DNA from: Candidatus Hermodarchaeota archaeon
GTDB lineage: Archaea; Asgardarchaeota; Hermodarchaeia; Hermodarchaeales; Hermodarchaeaceae
NCBI GenBank assembly: GCA_016839805.1
Contig: JAEOTO010000041.1
Location: 1 to 40,277 of the forward strand
Direction of reading: 5' to 3'
DNA: 40,277 nucleotides
Position numbers and translations under genes: made by a program. Below the pieces are notes generated by a model. That model saw only the letters and a list, made by a program, of their open reading frames with translations, was not told the origin of the DNA and searched no databases. This document shows, in pieces, positions 1-10,555 of this stretch (its first letter is position 1; the number at the start of each line of letters is the position of its first letter).

Positions 1-1607
1 ACTACTGAGTTGGCGAAGTGTTGGGTGCCGAGGACGGTGGCGTTGGCGAAGTTGGTGAGGGTGATGGGGGGGCCGGTGAGGGGGGTGGTGATGGGGGTGC
101 CGAGGCCGGCGGGGGTGGGGCCGAGGGTGCGGGGGCGGGGGTGGGCGGCCCAGATCCACCACCAGTACCATCCGGGAACATGGTAGTGGTCATAGCGTTT
201 GATGCGTTTGTCGTAATCAGGGGTGAGGAGGAGCCATTCGGCGTAGTCGTCGAGGGCGTTGGCTTGGGCTTTCGGTGTGGAGGCGAGGTCGATTTGTTTC
301 CAGGCCTTGTCGATCATGCGGGTGTAGTAGACGCGGGTGTCGGTGCGCGAATAGCCTTCGAGTTTGCGGGCCGTAGTTTTGATGAGGGTGTTGAGCATGG
401 TTTTGATTTGGGCTTTGCCCAGGTTGTGGTGGGGAGTGATGGCTTTGAGGTAGAGGCGTTCGTAGTAGTGGAGGCGGCCGCGTTTGCTGGCGGCTTTGGC
501 AATGGCCGCTTCGTTTTTGTGGAAGGTGGGTTTGCGGGGGTTGCTGGGGCGCTGAATGGTGATAAGGCCCTTTTTGAGGAGGCCAAAGGTGATCATGGTG
601 AACACACGGTTTAGGGGCACTTCGTTGAGGACGGCGGCTTCGACGACGGTGAGACCGCGGCGGATGCCGAGGGCTTCGACTTTCACAGCGGGGGGGAGGT
701 AGCCCTGTTTGCCCAGCCGGAGACCGGTGCTGCGTGTGGTTCGGACTACACCCCAACAACAGGCACCAAAGAAGAAAATGGCGATAACCGCGATGATGAT
801 GAGGCCGCCGTATTCGTCCCAGAATTCGTTGAGGTTGAAGCCATTTCCGCCGTTGGTGGTGTAGTAGGTGGTGATGTAGGATTCGTCGTATGGAAAGCTG
901 ATGCCTTGGAGAAAGGGTTGGGGGGTGTGCGACCCATAGGTCCAGACATAGACGAGGCTGTTGGCGCCATAGTAGTAGTCGGTGGGGGGGTCGTGGTGGT
1001 AGAAGGCAAGGGTCCCATTGAAGAAGGTGTTGGGAAAGTGCAGGTGCATGCCCAGCCACTCGGTGCTGCGACAGTAACCAGGATCAAAGTAGGTGGGGAT
1101 GAATTCGTAGCCAACATAACCCTCATGGGCTGTGTCGAGGTAGACCATGACGGGTTGATTGCCCCAGACAATGAGGGTGCCTTCTTCGCTATTCCCTGGG
1201 CGAAGCGCTGAAGGCACATAAATTTCAACGCCAATCGCAATGACCGATGATGGCGCAATATCTGTCAGCTCCACATAGGGGGCACCTTCGAGTGACCAAT
1301 AGGCTGTGACGCTGGCTAAATTATAATGTTCGTTGGGAAATCCAATATCGATGTACTCGAATTCTGTGCCATAATTGCGAAAGGTGATGGAGTAGTTGAT
1401 GAAGACGGAGGCATCCATTTGAGGATAGACATGCACGGTTTCATTGAGGACTTCAAAATCATAGTTAAGGGGGCTAGCACGATTTGCGGTAAGCGGAAGT
1501 TCAGAAGGTTCAATATTCTGAGATACAGACACGAGGAACAAGGGAACCGTGAAGACTAAGAGTAGGCAACAGGCGAATCCCAATGGAAGTAATCTTATAC
1601 GCGGCAC
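1..1607 (-). CDS. Membrane protein, DUF2207-like; 3' end runs off the window
   Basis: Not in the ORF track because it has no stop in the window. Read by hand from GTG 1607: MPRIRLLPLGFACCLLLVFTVPLFLVSV (signal/TM), an extracellular domain, a TM segment GGLIIIAVIAIFFFGACCWGV, then YLPPAVKVEALGIRRGLTVVEAAVLNEVPLNRVFTMITFGLLKKG. Frame stays open to position 3. Confidence 0.8.
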   Translation of the reverse strand, partial: MPRIRLLPLGFACCLLLVFTVPLFLVSVSQNIEPSELPLTANRASPLNYDFEVLNETVHVYPQMDASVFINYSITFRNYGTEFEYIDIGFPNEHYNLASVTAYWSLEGAPYVELTDIAPSSVIAIGVEIYVPSALRPGNSEEGTLIVWGNQPVMVYLDTAHEGYVGYEFIPTYFDPGYCRSTEWLGMHLHFPNTFFNGTLAFYHHDPPTDYYYGANSLVYVWTYGSHTPQPFLQGISFPYDESYITTYYTTNGGNGFNLNEFWDEYGGLIIIAVIAIFFFGACCWGVVRTTRSTGLRLGKQGYLPPAVKVEALGIRRGLTVVEAAVLNEVPLNRVFTMITFGLLKKGLITIQRPSNPRKPTFHKNEAAIAKAASKRGRLHYYERLYLKAITPHHNLGKAQIKTMLNTLIKTTARKLEGYSRTDTRVYYTRMIDKAWKQIDLASTPKAQANALDDYAEWLLLTPDYDKRIKRYDHYHVPGWYWWWIWAAHPRPRTLGPTPAGLGTPITTPLTGPPITLTNFANATVLGTQHFANSV

Positions 1608-1621
1608 AGCCAAGGCACATC

Positions 1622-1993
1622 CTATTCTTGAGGGTTTTCTTCCGAAGTTGTTATATTAATATCATTCAAGAGTTTTTGGGCGCTTTCAATATCTGCCCTG
1701 ATAAGTTCATCGATGACCTCTTCAGTGATGTCTTCATTAGTCGCTTCGATGATGACACGTCCCCAATATCCACATTTGGGACACCGATATTTGGGTGGGG
1801 TGATGCCCATGGCACCTCCTATGTCATACCAGGTTTCTCGGCTCCGGAGGGCGGGGGATTTGCATTGGGGACAAATGCGAATGGTGATGATTTTTCCTTC
1901 CTTCTTGAGGTCACCAAGTACTTGCATAAGTTGTTTAATGATCTCATCACTAGAAAGTGCATTAGAAGGTGAGGTTGATGAGTTGGGGGCCAT
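1622..1993 (-). CDS. Zn-ribbon hypothetical protein
   Basis: CPQC...CPKC pair; co-oriented with neighbours. Confidence 0.75.
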   Translation of the reverse strand: MAPNSSTSPSNALSSDEIIKQLMQVLGDLKKEGKIITIRICPQCKSPALRSRETWYDIGGAMGITPPKYRCPKCGYWGRVIIEATNEDITEEVIDELIRADIESAQKLLNDINITTSEENPQE

Positions 1994-2089
1994 TGATATA
2001 TTCAGCTCAATTAGGGTCCTCGAGGAAGGGAATTGAAGGGTCTTGATGAAGCTAGATAAGGACAGGCTTTTTTGCTTTGCGGCAGTGGC

Positions 2090-2473
2090 TCACCATTTGA
2101 CGTCTTCGACGAGTTGGGAGACTGTATTACAGAATGGACAAGTTAGAGTGATGGCACCGGTCCCGCGATCATAGGCAATATCATCGCGGCTGGGGGTTCC
2201 TCCGCATTTGGGGCAGGTGACTTGAGAGACATCGAAGTCACGGGGAAGATCGATATGGGCTTCGACGACGACGCGTTGTGGTTCACGTTGTCCGAAATAA
2301 CCCAAGATAATAGCAATAATGATGGATACTCCTGTCGCGCCAAATAGCATGATAGCCGTCATTTGGTTTGCAGCAATGTTACCTTCTGTTGCGATCATAA
2401 ACATGAAGCCGAAGAAGCCTGCTATAATAGCAATGATGGCAAAGAGAATAGCAATGCAGGTATAAGCTCTCAT
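2090..2473 (-). CDS. Two-TM membrane protein with C-terminal Zn ribbon
   Basis: Two hydrophobic helices, then CPKC...CPFC. Confidence 0.8.
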   Translation of the reverse strand: MRAYTCIAILFAIIAIIAGFFGFMFMIATEGNIAANQMTAIMLFGATGVSIIIAIILGYFGQREPQRVVVEAHIDLPRDFDVSQVTCPKCGGTPSRDDIAYDRGTGAITLTCPFCNTVSQLVEDVKW

Positions 2474-2591
2474 ATGAAACCGTTTAGAAGTTTACACCTT
2501 TTATCCTTTCGTGTTCATTTCTGCTCCTTTTAAGAACGGGAAGAGGTGGTTTTTTAGGCAGTTGTGTAGGGGTGAGTATGGGTGTTGTAGA

Positions 2592-3254
2592 ATGCCTCGG
2601 TTGCAAGTTGCGTTGGACTTTGAGAAGCTTGATAAAGCCCTTGAGATCGCAGGACAGGTTGCACCCTATGTTGATATTATGGAGGCAGGAACCCCATTAA
2701 TTAAAGCGGAGGGAATGGAAGCGGTTAAAGCCCTCAAAAAAGCACATCCAAAGAAGTTGGTTTGCGCAGATTTGAAGACCGCAGATGCGGGATATTTAGA
2801 GGTTAGAATGGCAGCACAGGCTTCAGCAGATATTGTGACCGTTTTAGCTGATGCCTATAATGAGACACTAATTGGCGCCTTAAAAGCGGCTCATGAGTTT
2901 CAAGTTGAAGTTATGGCAGATTTAATCGTATCACGAATTCCTATAAGCAGATTAGCGGACATTATAGGACTCGCATATAAAGGCACGGAGATTCACTATG
3001 CCTGTGTGCATAGTGGGTTGGATCGGCGAGCGACACGTCGTGGCCCATTATTAGAATTGGATTCAGTATCGCGTTTACGTGGACATCCCCGGCTTGCTGT
3101 GGCCGGAGGGATTCGTGTAGCAGATTTAGCCCATATTTTGGACTATCCTGTGGATATCATAATTGCTGGCGGTGGAATTTCTAAATCAAAGAATCCAGCT
3201 CGTTCTGCAAAAGCGTTTCATCAGGCTATACAGAAGCTTTCTAAGAAAAAGTGA
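2592..3254 (+). CDS. hxlA: 3-hexulose-6-phosphate synthase / OMPDC-HUMPS family protein
   Basis: LQVALD, EAGTPLIKAEG, ADLKTADAG, AVAGGI motifs; start placed at ATG 2592. Confidence 0.8.
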   Translation: MPRLQVALDFEKLDKALEIAGQVAPYVDIMEAGTPLIKAEGMEAVKALKKAHPKKLVCADLKTADAGYLEVRMAAQASADIVTVLADAYNETLIGALKAAHEFQVEVMADLIVSRIPISRLADIIGLAYKGTEIHYACVHSGLDRRATRRGPLLELDSVSRLRGHPRLAVAGGIRVADLAHILDYPVDIIIAGGGISKSKNPARSAKAFHQAIQKLSKKK

Positions 3255-3275
3255 TCGTAGCCTTCTTGAAGCTTA

Positions 3276-5015
3276 TTACTTGTCATCAATCCATGCGAAT
3301 TTGCGTTGTAGCGTTTTGGGATAGAAGTCTTTCCAATCATAGTCGATTTGGTGTCCCCAGTCCCGGTAGATGCGGGGATCAATATAGGATTTAAGGCTAG
3401 TGCCAAGATTCCATGTACGTGTTTTTTTAGCGATATCGATTTGCGCGTTGAGTTTATCTTTCGCTTCACGTGCACGGCTCAACCGTTGTTTGGCTGTGTC
3501 AACACTCTTTCGCGCCGAAGCAACTGAGGATGTATAAGGGCGGTTTTTTCCACGTGGAATCGGTTTGCCCTGTTGTTGTAACTGATTAAGCTTAGCTTTT
3601 TGTTTACTAACGAGCTCCTTTAGCCGATTTTGTCGTTTCTCGAGATTATCTTTGGCTTTGGCGATTCGTTCATTTGCCCGTCGTTGACGTTCTCGGAAGC
3701 GTTGCATGCGGTTTGACCACCCTTTGGGAGCTTGTTTGGTATGATTGCAGACTATGGCCGCTTGGAGGTTGGCTCGTTTAGCTTGGTTTTTCTTCACCCA
3801 ATTTGGATCCGCAACATTTACCTTGGCACGACTCAGATATTTGCGGACGGTGCTGCTAGCGTGATACGTTCGAAAAACTTTCGCAGTTAGTCCCGGCATG
3901 ATTTCATTAAGATAAGCGTTTACATTGCGGCTGCGGACATTTGGAAATATTTGTGGACGGTCCCGGCTTGGGTGGCTTCGACCCTGTTGGTTGCTCCTTC
4001 GGGGGGTCTGGGCATTGTCAATGAGGTGTCGTAATTCTTCGACTACATCAGGGGGCAACTTCACCGTTTTATGCCAGGGTACCGAATCCTTGCCTAAAAA
4101 CCTGAATTCAACTTCTCCATTCTCTTTGATGGTAACATGTTCGGGTCTAAGCGTTGTAGCGCCGACTGTGTCGGCTTCATCCGGATCCTTTTCATCGCCC
4201 ACCCGTAGACTCAGTACATCAATTAGATAGCAGGCTGTGGCAATCTGTCGGCGCCGAGATTGTTTGGCTTGCATATCAGCATTTATTGCGCGACGAACTG
4301 AGCTAATGCGTTTAGCCATTTGCTGGGCGACTTCAAATTTTTGAGCTTCGCGATCCTGTTTAATGGATGCTGTATCGGAGACCCAGACATATTTCATTTT
4401 TCCAGAGAGTCGATCTTCCCATCGTGCCACCCATAGACTATCGGGTTGCCAGACCCGTCCTGCCCACTGACCGGGAGGCATTGGCGCATCAGGGCTCAAA
4501 TTCAATGTGATATCTTCTTCTCGAGGACCTGGTTTCCATCTACCACGTAGAGGATGTTTCCCTCGACCCATGAAGATACAGCTAGGTTCCGCTGTCCAAT
4601 TCGCAATTTCAACCCGTTCGTCATCAATGACTGCATATCCGTATTGTTTTCTCAACGCTTCTCGAAGTTCCTTCCGCTTAGTGGTTAAGGCTTTACGTTC
4701 CTCTTTGGTCAGCGCTTCTTTCTGCTGCTGTTCTTTTTCTCGACGGGTGATTCCTTGACGGAAGAACTCCTCTAAGTCTATCTCGTCAGGTTTTATGGCG
4801 GGTTTTACACCAAGTACTTTACTAAAATCTTTCAAGAAGTTACGGACAAAGATCCGATCTTCCCAGTATCCCAGGTGTCGTTTAGCAACAAAAGCCATGG
4901 CCATTTCCTCTTGAAGAGCATTTAGCACTAGCTCTTTGCCACGAACCGTGAGCACCATCTCAATTGGTGATGGTAGTTCGATGACACGTATGCCATTATG
5001 AACCAGCCGTTGCAT
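3276..5015 (-). CDS. top1: DNA topoisomerase IB (eukaryote-like)
   Basis: Catalytic set LRVG(D)EKD, FLGKDS, AKVFRTY, CNH, SLKSYIDPR; GRGKHPLRG motif; coiled-coil linker. Confidence 0.95.
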   Translation of the reverse strand: MQRLVHNGIRVIELPSPIEMVLTVRGKELVLNALQEEMAMAFVAKRHLGYWEDRIFVRNFLKDFSKVLGVKPAIKPDEIDLEEFFRQGITRREKEQQQKEALTKEERKALTTKRKELREALRKQYGYAVIDDERVEIANWTAEPSCIFMGRGKHPLRGRWKPGPREEDITLNLSPDAPMPPGQWAGRVWQPDSLWVARWEDRLSGKMKYVWVSDTASIKQDREAQKFEVAQQMAKRISSVRRAINADMQAKQSRRRQIATACYLIDVLSLRVGDEKDPDEADTVGATTLRPEHVTIKENGEVEFRFLGKDSVPWHKTVKLPPDVVEELRHLIDNAQTPRRSNQQGRSHPSRDRPQIFPNVRSRNVNAYLNEIMPGLTAKVFRTYHASSTVRKYLSRAKVNVADPNWVKKNQAKRANLQAAIVCNHTKQAPKGWSNRMQRFRERQRRANERIAKAKDNLEKRQNRLKELVSKQKAKLNQLQQQGKPIPRGKNRPYTSSVASARKSVDTAKQRLSRAREAKDKLNAQIDIAKKTRTWNLGTSLKSYIDPRIYRDWGHQIDYDWKDFYPKTLQRKFAWIDDK

Positions 5016-5189
5016 CTAGTAGGATCTCCGTTTACTCGTTTCTTGCGCCATCAATACAAAAGAGCATTTTAAGCCTTTGGGGGATACTATGAATTAAAAG
5101 ATTAATTGGGAAATATAGACTCCTAAGTGGAAAATTATGAATACCACTGATTTGAGGGGTTCGCCCTCTTTTTCTAATGATCGAGAGGA

Positions 5190-5606
5190 TTACTCTGTAG
5201 TTTCAACGCTCTTTGAAACATAGGGTTCAATAAGAGTGAATATCGCGTTCCCTAGGAGGCTTCCAGCTAGTCCGAGAAGACCACCGATGAGTACAATGAT
5301 TACGACTAGTATTTCGCCCATTCCGGTTAATCCTGCAATTGCACCGAAGAGTTCAAGGACAGCGATGCCACCAAAGGCAGCATGAATTCCGACGAGGATT
5401 CCCCAGGCAGTTAAACCTGCTAGAAATCCCATGATTGCCGCACGAGAGTAGCGAAGGGTAAAGAACCCGCCAATAGCTGCGGCAAGTAGGCAACCAGGCC
5501 AGCTCAAGAGATAGAGGAAGACCACTGTAAGGATCAGGGTTAGGAGAAAGGTTTTCACTATATTATGCTGCTTGAAGGCTTTAAAAATCCGATTTACTGC
5601 TGACAA
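5190..5606 (-). CDS. Small multi-pass membrane protein
   Basis: About four Gly-rich hydrophobic helices; directly follows the acylase gene. Confidence 0.75.
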   Translation of the reverse strand: MSAVNRIFKAFKQHNIVKTFLLTLILTVVFLYLLSWPGCLLAAAIGGFFTLRYSRAAIMGFLAGLTAWGILVGIHAAFGGIAVLELFGAIAGLTGMGEILVVIIVLIGGLLGLAGSLLGNAIFTLIEPYVSKSVETTE

Positions 5607-5612
5607 TTTGCA

Positions 5613-8165
5613 TCACCCCATGAGAACTAGAATGCTTTCCCGATCTGTGAGATCATTCATGTCGAAGTAGAGGTAATCAATGTGATAACCGCCCACAAGG
5701 AAAAGCTGGAAGAGTTGATCACTGTAATGCCGGGAGAGAGGATTCCCACTTTGACCACCCGGAATGACACTATGGGCATGTTCTGGATCATTGAAATCAA
5801 CGACTAACCGCTCACTGGGCCCTCCTTGAGAAGCACCATTTTCGCGTGCCCACATATTCACTCGAGAGGGATTCACCGTTACACCGCTTCCATCCGCTGG
5901 AAAAGGTCCATGTCCTAATGCATCACCAACTTGATGCGTGTATACGACGAAATGGAATTTATCCCAAGTCCATTGGCTAATACTAGAACCAACTTCGTCT
6001 TCCAGTGCAGTCACAGCGTCAGAAAGGGCTTTGATAATGATATCGTCACGGGTTTCAGTTGTTCCTGTGCTCGTATCGTTAAACCACTGTGAAGTGGGAT
6101 TGAACCGCGTTAAGTTCTCAAGGACTATGGGTGAGGGCCAAAGCATACTCCCACGAATAGTTGGATCATCGGGGTACTCGTCTGCGAAAACTTCTTCCCA
6201 GAAAAAGTCAAACCATGCCCGATAGATGGTGGGAGCTACCCATTCTTGAAGCATTGTATAATTCCATGTACGTAATTCATCAACAACAGCAGAAAGCATG
6301 GGATCACTAGTGACAGATGCAGAAGCGTTGTCAAACGCCCAGATAATATAAGGCACAAAGGCTTCAGCAGATGTATCTAGCACATCCAGTTGAAAGCGTT
6401 TCATGTCCTCTACAGTGATACTATCATCGTTGGCGATAAGATAGTTAATTCTACGTGCTCGGTATCCAGGTGCATACCCGGCGTGGATATAGTAGGGATA
6501 GGCTCCGGAACCTTGTTGGGCACAAAGCTGGTTAGCGCTAACTACATACCCGCGTGATGGGTTTAGTGAGAGGGGTAGATCTTCGAAAGCGATGAAGTCA
6601 ATCCATTCGCCTTCTCCAGCAGATCCGTTGTGAGGGAGTCGTCCCAATCCATTACCGTCTCGGATAGGCCAATGTCCCGTTGGGCGAATAGCGATGGTTC
6701 CGTGTACATCAGCATAGACAATGTTTTGGGAAATAGTCCACCAGAATCGCTGTCCTTCAATGAACTCATTATAATTGGTTGCCATGGCCATTTTATCGAG
6801 GGCAATCATTTCATAGCTGGGTTCAGCGCCAGTCCAACGTTGAGCTAGCGCGTAATCATGATAGGTGACCCCAACATCAGACAATACTGGTCCATGAACG
6901 GTGCGTCGAATAGTGTGAGGAATGACTGAACCATCCTTGACAGCAATATAGGTAGTTTCTACCTCGAAGTCCAGCCAGGTTCCATTATACATATACTGGT
7001 TAGGATTAGCTGGATTCACTTTGTAGTAGTACCAGTCGATGACATCAGCAGCTGTATTGGTAAAGCCCCAAGCTACATACTCAGTATGACCTGTAGCAAG
7101 TAGAGGAACTCCGGCAAGAGAAAACCCGTAGATGTTTCGGTGAGTATCAGCTGAAACCAAGTGAACTTGATACCATATGGAGGGTACGTCGCGGGAAAGG
7201 TGCATATCATTGCACAGAAGGGGTTTTCCAGTAGCAGACTTCGTGCTATTAACCGCCCAGTTGTTTGAGCCAATGATGTCATCTTGCCACTGAGTTAAAA
7301 CACCTTCTGGGTCAGGAAGATTGTCAATCCTTGAAAGGACGTCATCAATTGTAGCCTGTAATGATTCAGGAATTGCTATGCTAGGGAGATCAGGTGGGGG
7401 AACGTAGGTTTCTCCATATTCAGGGACGACCGGAATCTGGAGCGGAGAGTTGAGTGGGAACAGTTCCCAGGCTGAATCGTTACCAAGATTTGTAATGGTA
7501 TTGGCAAATTTGAGATCGTCGTTGCTCCATGATAGCGAAAAGTCCATTATACGCCCAATGGAGATGGAGTCTAACAGTGTCCATGGTTTGGGTTGATAAT
7601 TGAGGAGTTTAAATTCGAGAGGAAGATTCGTGCCTGCATGACCGATATACGAGTTGACTCCAAGAACGTAAGCTTCAAGATTCTGACGTAGGGTTACATT
7701 GTAGGTGTCTGTAAGGCTATTCATGGCATCTATCGATTGTTGAGCGGCCCGTTCCATGCCAAGGCTTCGTAGGTATATGTCGGTACTAACATAACTGGAC
7801 CCGAGGATTTCAGATAACATTCCACGAGCTTGTCGACGTTTCATATCCATTTGCCAAAGACGATCTTGGGCATGAATAAAACCAAAGGCAAAGTAGAGAT
7901 CTCTGTCATTTGTGGCGTAAATATGGGGAACTCCCCAGGAATCGCGAACAACGGTCACCGGTGCGGAAAGCTGACCCGGTGCATGTACTGTGGCATGGGG
8001 TGGATGATCAGCGTCTTGGTAAACCGTCCAAATTCCAGTAAATGGGTCAATGAGACCGCCGAGTGGTGGGATGATATCAAGAGGGACTGAAAGTACGACT
8101 GTCATGCTGACAACAAGTGAGATAGCGACTGCGAGTTTTCCTACTTTCTTTACATTGGAGGACAT
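5613..8165 (-). CDS. Penicillin acylase family (Ntn hydrolase)
   Basis: RDSWGVPHIYA, AQDRLWQMD, GSNNWAV autocleavage site, PGGQSGNP; N-terminal anchor. Confidence 0.95.
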   Translation of the reverse strand: MSSNVKKVGKLAVAISLVVSMTVVLSVPLDIIPPLGGLIDPFTGIWTVYQDADHPPHATVHAPGQLSAPVTVVRDSWGVPHIYATNDRDLYFAFGFIHAQDRLWQMDMKRRQARGMLSEILGSSYVSTDIYLRSLGMERAAQQSIDAMNSLTDTYNVTLRQNLEAYVLGVNSYIGHAGTNLPLEFKLLNYQPKPWTLLDSISIGRIMDFSLSWSNDDLKFANTITNLGNDSAWELFPLNSPLQIPVVPEYGETYVPPPDLPSIAIPESLQATIDDVLSRIDNLPDPEGVLTQWQDDIIGSNNWAVNSTKSATGKPLLCNDMHLSRDVPSIWYQVHLVSADTHRNIYGFSLAGVPLLATGHTEYVAWGFTNTAADVIDWYYYKVNPANPNQYMYNGTWLDFEVETTYIAVKDGSVIPHTIRRTVHGPVLSDVGVTYHDYALAQRWTGAEPSYEMIALDKMAMATNYNEFIEGQRFWWTISQNIVYADVHGTIAIRPTGHWPIRDGNGLGRLPHNGSAGEGEWIDFIAFEDLPLSLNPSRGYVVSANQLCAQQGSGAYPYYIHAGYAPGYRARRINYLIANDDSITVEDMKRFQLDVLDTSAEAFVPYIIWAFDNASASVTSDPMLSAVVDELRTWNYTMLQEWVAPTIYRAWFDFFWEEVFADEYPDDPTIRGSMLWPSPIVLENLTRFNPTSQWFNDTSTGTTETRDDIIIKALSDAVTALEDEVGSSISQWTWDKFHFVVYTHQVGDALGHGPFPADGSGVTVNPSRVNMWARENGASQGGPSERLVVDFNDPEHAHSVIPGGQSGNPLSRHYSDQLFQLFLVGGYHIDYLYFDMNDLTDRESILVLMG

Positions 8166-8250
8166 TTCAAATCCATCCTTTTGAAGTTCTATACTATTGG
8201 TGCTTCATCCTAAAAGCAATTAAGTTTCCAACTTTTGTTACACATACAGG

Positions 8251-8922
8251 ATGATTTGGCTCCTTTTATTGCTCCTTTTAGCCATTGGAATCATTCTCGG
8301 TATTCTAATTTTTATTATCGTAACTGAGGGGAGATATTTTGGAAAGGGGTTGATTCGCTGGGGGTATGATCGCCGATCGATTGCATTTGAAGTACGTAAT
8401 GACTGGCGGTTATGGGAAACCCTCATCAAACAACTCAAGATTGATTCAGTTGAGGAGCTCCTGGATTTAGGCACTCAAACAGGTCATTTGCCACGGCTAG
8501 TCGCAAGACACCGTGGATTTGAGGGACGGATTGTAGGGATTGACTGGTCTGAAGAGATGATTCAGGAAGCTCGTCGTCAATCACGATTAGAGGGAACTGC
8601 AGAGCGTATTGAGTTTCTTTGTCGTGATGTACAAGAACCCCTTCCCTTCGCTGATAACACATTCTCGCTAGTGACCTGTGTGACCGGCTTATTAAATGGG
8701 CTGAAACACCCCAGGATGTTGTTCAAGGAGATTCATCGTGTCCTCAGGATAAAGGGTCGAGTCATCTTTCGGTTTGATATGCAACCCCTACGACCCACAC
8801 CTATTCGAAATGCCGAATGGTTTACGAGCCGTTTAGAGCCACTAGGCTTTACGCATACTGAATCAAAACCCTGGACGCCAACACACACCATTCTTATTTT
8901 TCAATTACAGAATAAAGAATGA
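8251..8922 (+). CDS. Class I SAM-dependent methyltransferase with N-terminal TM
   Basis: LLDLGTQTG, VGIDWS, LPFADNTF. Confidence 0.85.
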   Translation: MIWLLLLLLLAIGIILGILIFIIVTEGRYFGKGLIRWGYDRRSIAFEVRNDWRLWETLIKQLKIDSVEELLDLGTQTGHLPRLVARHRGFEGRIVGIDWSEEMIQEARRQSRLEGTAERIEFLCRDVQEPLPFADNTFSLVTCVTGLLNGLKHPRMLFKEIHRVLRIKGRVIFRFDMQPLRPTPIRNAEWFTSRLEPLGFTHTESKPWTPTHTILIFQLQNKE

Positions 8923-8931
8923 TCCTGGATT

Positions 8932-9210
8932 TTAGGGAGAATCCGTAAGCTGGCGGGTTAATACCCAATAGGGCTTCCCAGGAACCCGATGGCGATAAAT
9001 CTCAAAGCGCTCACCAGATTCAACTTGCACAATGAAATAGTCTCGATGTTTGCGGCGATACCAGGTGCTTCGTAAGTCAAGGCGCCGGTTACTAGCTTCG
9101 ATCTTTGTAATCTTGTATTGTTTAGTTCGCCATGTGAAACTTGTCGGTGTTTCAAGGTCGACGACTTCCACATTGATGCGTTCCCCAATGAACTTGCCCT
9201 TACTAGCCAT
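8932..9210 (-). CDS. Small conserved protein, DUF6504-like
   Basis: PTSFTWR...Y.I...RDYFIVQVESGERFEIYR...W pattern. Confidence 0.65.
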   Translation of the reverse strand: MASKGKFIGERINVEVVDLETPTSFTWRTKQYKITKIEASNRRLDLRSTWYRRKHRDYFIVQVESGERFEIYRHRVPGKPYWVLTRQLTDSP

Positions 9211-9272
9211 GTTATTTTCAGATTCTATTAAGCCCGTAACTTTTTTTACTCTCCGGCTTGCAATGAAACGCC

Positions 9273-10055
9273 ATGGAGGACAAAGACATTATGGTGGTTC
9301 AGGAAACACTTTTCGAGATTGTTGAGTTAGTCGAGCAACCTAAGGGTAAAAAACACGCTGTAATCGCCTTACCCGATGCCGGATTAGTCGGAACCATTGC
9401 AGGGATGCACCTGGTTCAGGCACTGAATTTACGTTTAATAGGCTATATCGATACTGAAGTGATGCCCCCAATTGCTGTCATTCATAATCGAAAGGCCAGA
9501 CCACCGATTCAATTGTATGCAAATGACGAGTTTTTGATTATTGTGTCAGAAATTCCACTTCCTGCTGAAGCTATGCGACCGGTATCTACAGCAATATTGC
9601 GGTATTTGCAGGAATTGGAGCCTAAGTCGATAACAGCTCTCGGAGGGTCTGCACTTCCACCAGCGCTTCGCACACAGGTTGAAACGCCTGAGGTGTTTGC
9701 TGTCGCCACCACAGAAACTGAATATGACCGAGTTAGTGACCACAAAATCAAGTTTCTCGATGAAGGTATTGTAGCTGGAGCATATGCAATTATCCTTCTG
9801 GAAGCACAGAGGCAAAAAATCCCTGTAACCTACGTTATGGCCCAATCGTTTCTGAACCTCCCTGATCCAGGAGCTGCAGCTGAAACGCTCAAAACCTTAG
9901 CTACTCTGACCGGGATTGCCATTCCTACTGAGAAGCTGATTGAAGGTGCCGAGGAGGTTCGTGTCCGAGTTCGTGACTTAATGAACCAAACAACTACAAC
10001 AATGCAGACAAGTGGTAAAGAGCAGGAGTTTCAGATTCCTGCCTTCTATTCGTGA
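9273..10055 (+). CDS. Proteasome assembly chaperone (PAC2 family)
   Basis: LPDAGLVGTIA, LPDPGAAA motifs. Confidence 0.9.
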   Translation: MEDKDIMVVQETLFEIVELVEQPKGKKHAVIALPDAGLVGTIAGMHLVQALNLRLIGYIDTEVMPPIAVIHNRKARPPIQLYANDEFLIIVSEIPLPAEAMRPVSTAILRYLQELEPKSITALGGSALPPALRTQVETPEVFAVATTETEYDRVSDHKIKFLDEGIVAGAYAIILLEAQRQKIPVTYVMAQSFLNLPDPGAAAETLKTLATLTGIAIPTEKLIEGAEEVRVRVRDLMNQTTTTMQTSGKEQEFQIPAFYS

Positions 10056-10069
10056 GGAGGTGTCACGAG

Positions 10070-10540
10070 ATGCCTAAAGTAACCCGAGAAGACGAGAAGA
10101 AGGACGTTCTTCAACGCCTCGATAAGTCAGTGAAGGAGCTACAACGCCGATTCGATGAATTGTTTGCTCCCAGTAGAGATGTCCGGTTACGAATGCGTTC
10201 ACTCTGGGATGGCGACGCATGTTGCCTTGAAGCCCTAGGAGAAGTCGAAGAATCGGAGACCGAATACGTTGTAACTCTGGATTTGCCGATGGTGAATAAA
10301 GAAGACATTGAGATTTTAGTAATGGATGATCATCTAGCGGTTCAAGCGAAAATGCGCGCAGAAGTTCATTATGAACGCTGGGGCACTGTCCAACGGCAGA
10401 TACGGTTCCAACGCCTCGCAAAAAAGGTGCCACTTCCTAAGGATGCCGATTCGGATAAGATTCGAGCCTCCTTTAAGAGAGGGCTTTTAGAAATTCGTGT
10501 GCCAAAAATTGAGAAAATCAAACAAATTTCGATCGATTAA
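10070..10540 (+). CDS. Small heat shock protein Hsp20
   Basis: DLPMVNKEDI...ASFKRGLLEIRVPK; GAGGAGGTG RBS before ATG 10070. Confidence 0.9.
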   Translation: MPKVTREDEKKDVLQRLDKSVKELQRRFDELFAPSRDVRLRMRSLWDGDACCLEALGEVEESETEYVVTLDLPMVNKEDIEILVMDDHLAVQAKMRAEVHYERWGTVQRQIRFQRLAKKVPLPKDADSDKIRASFKRGLLEIRVPKIEKIKQISID

Positions 10541-10555
10541 TTTCAGAGTAACGAA

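Noticed and set aside
2-1258. Pro-rich, Gly-rich and His/Arg-rich ORFs (2-193, 18-614, 217-1059, 746-1258)
   Set aside because: Shadow frames of the C-rich real gene at 1607 to <1.
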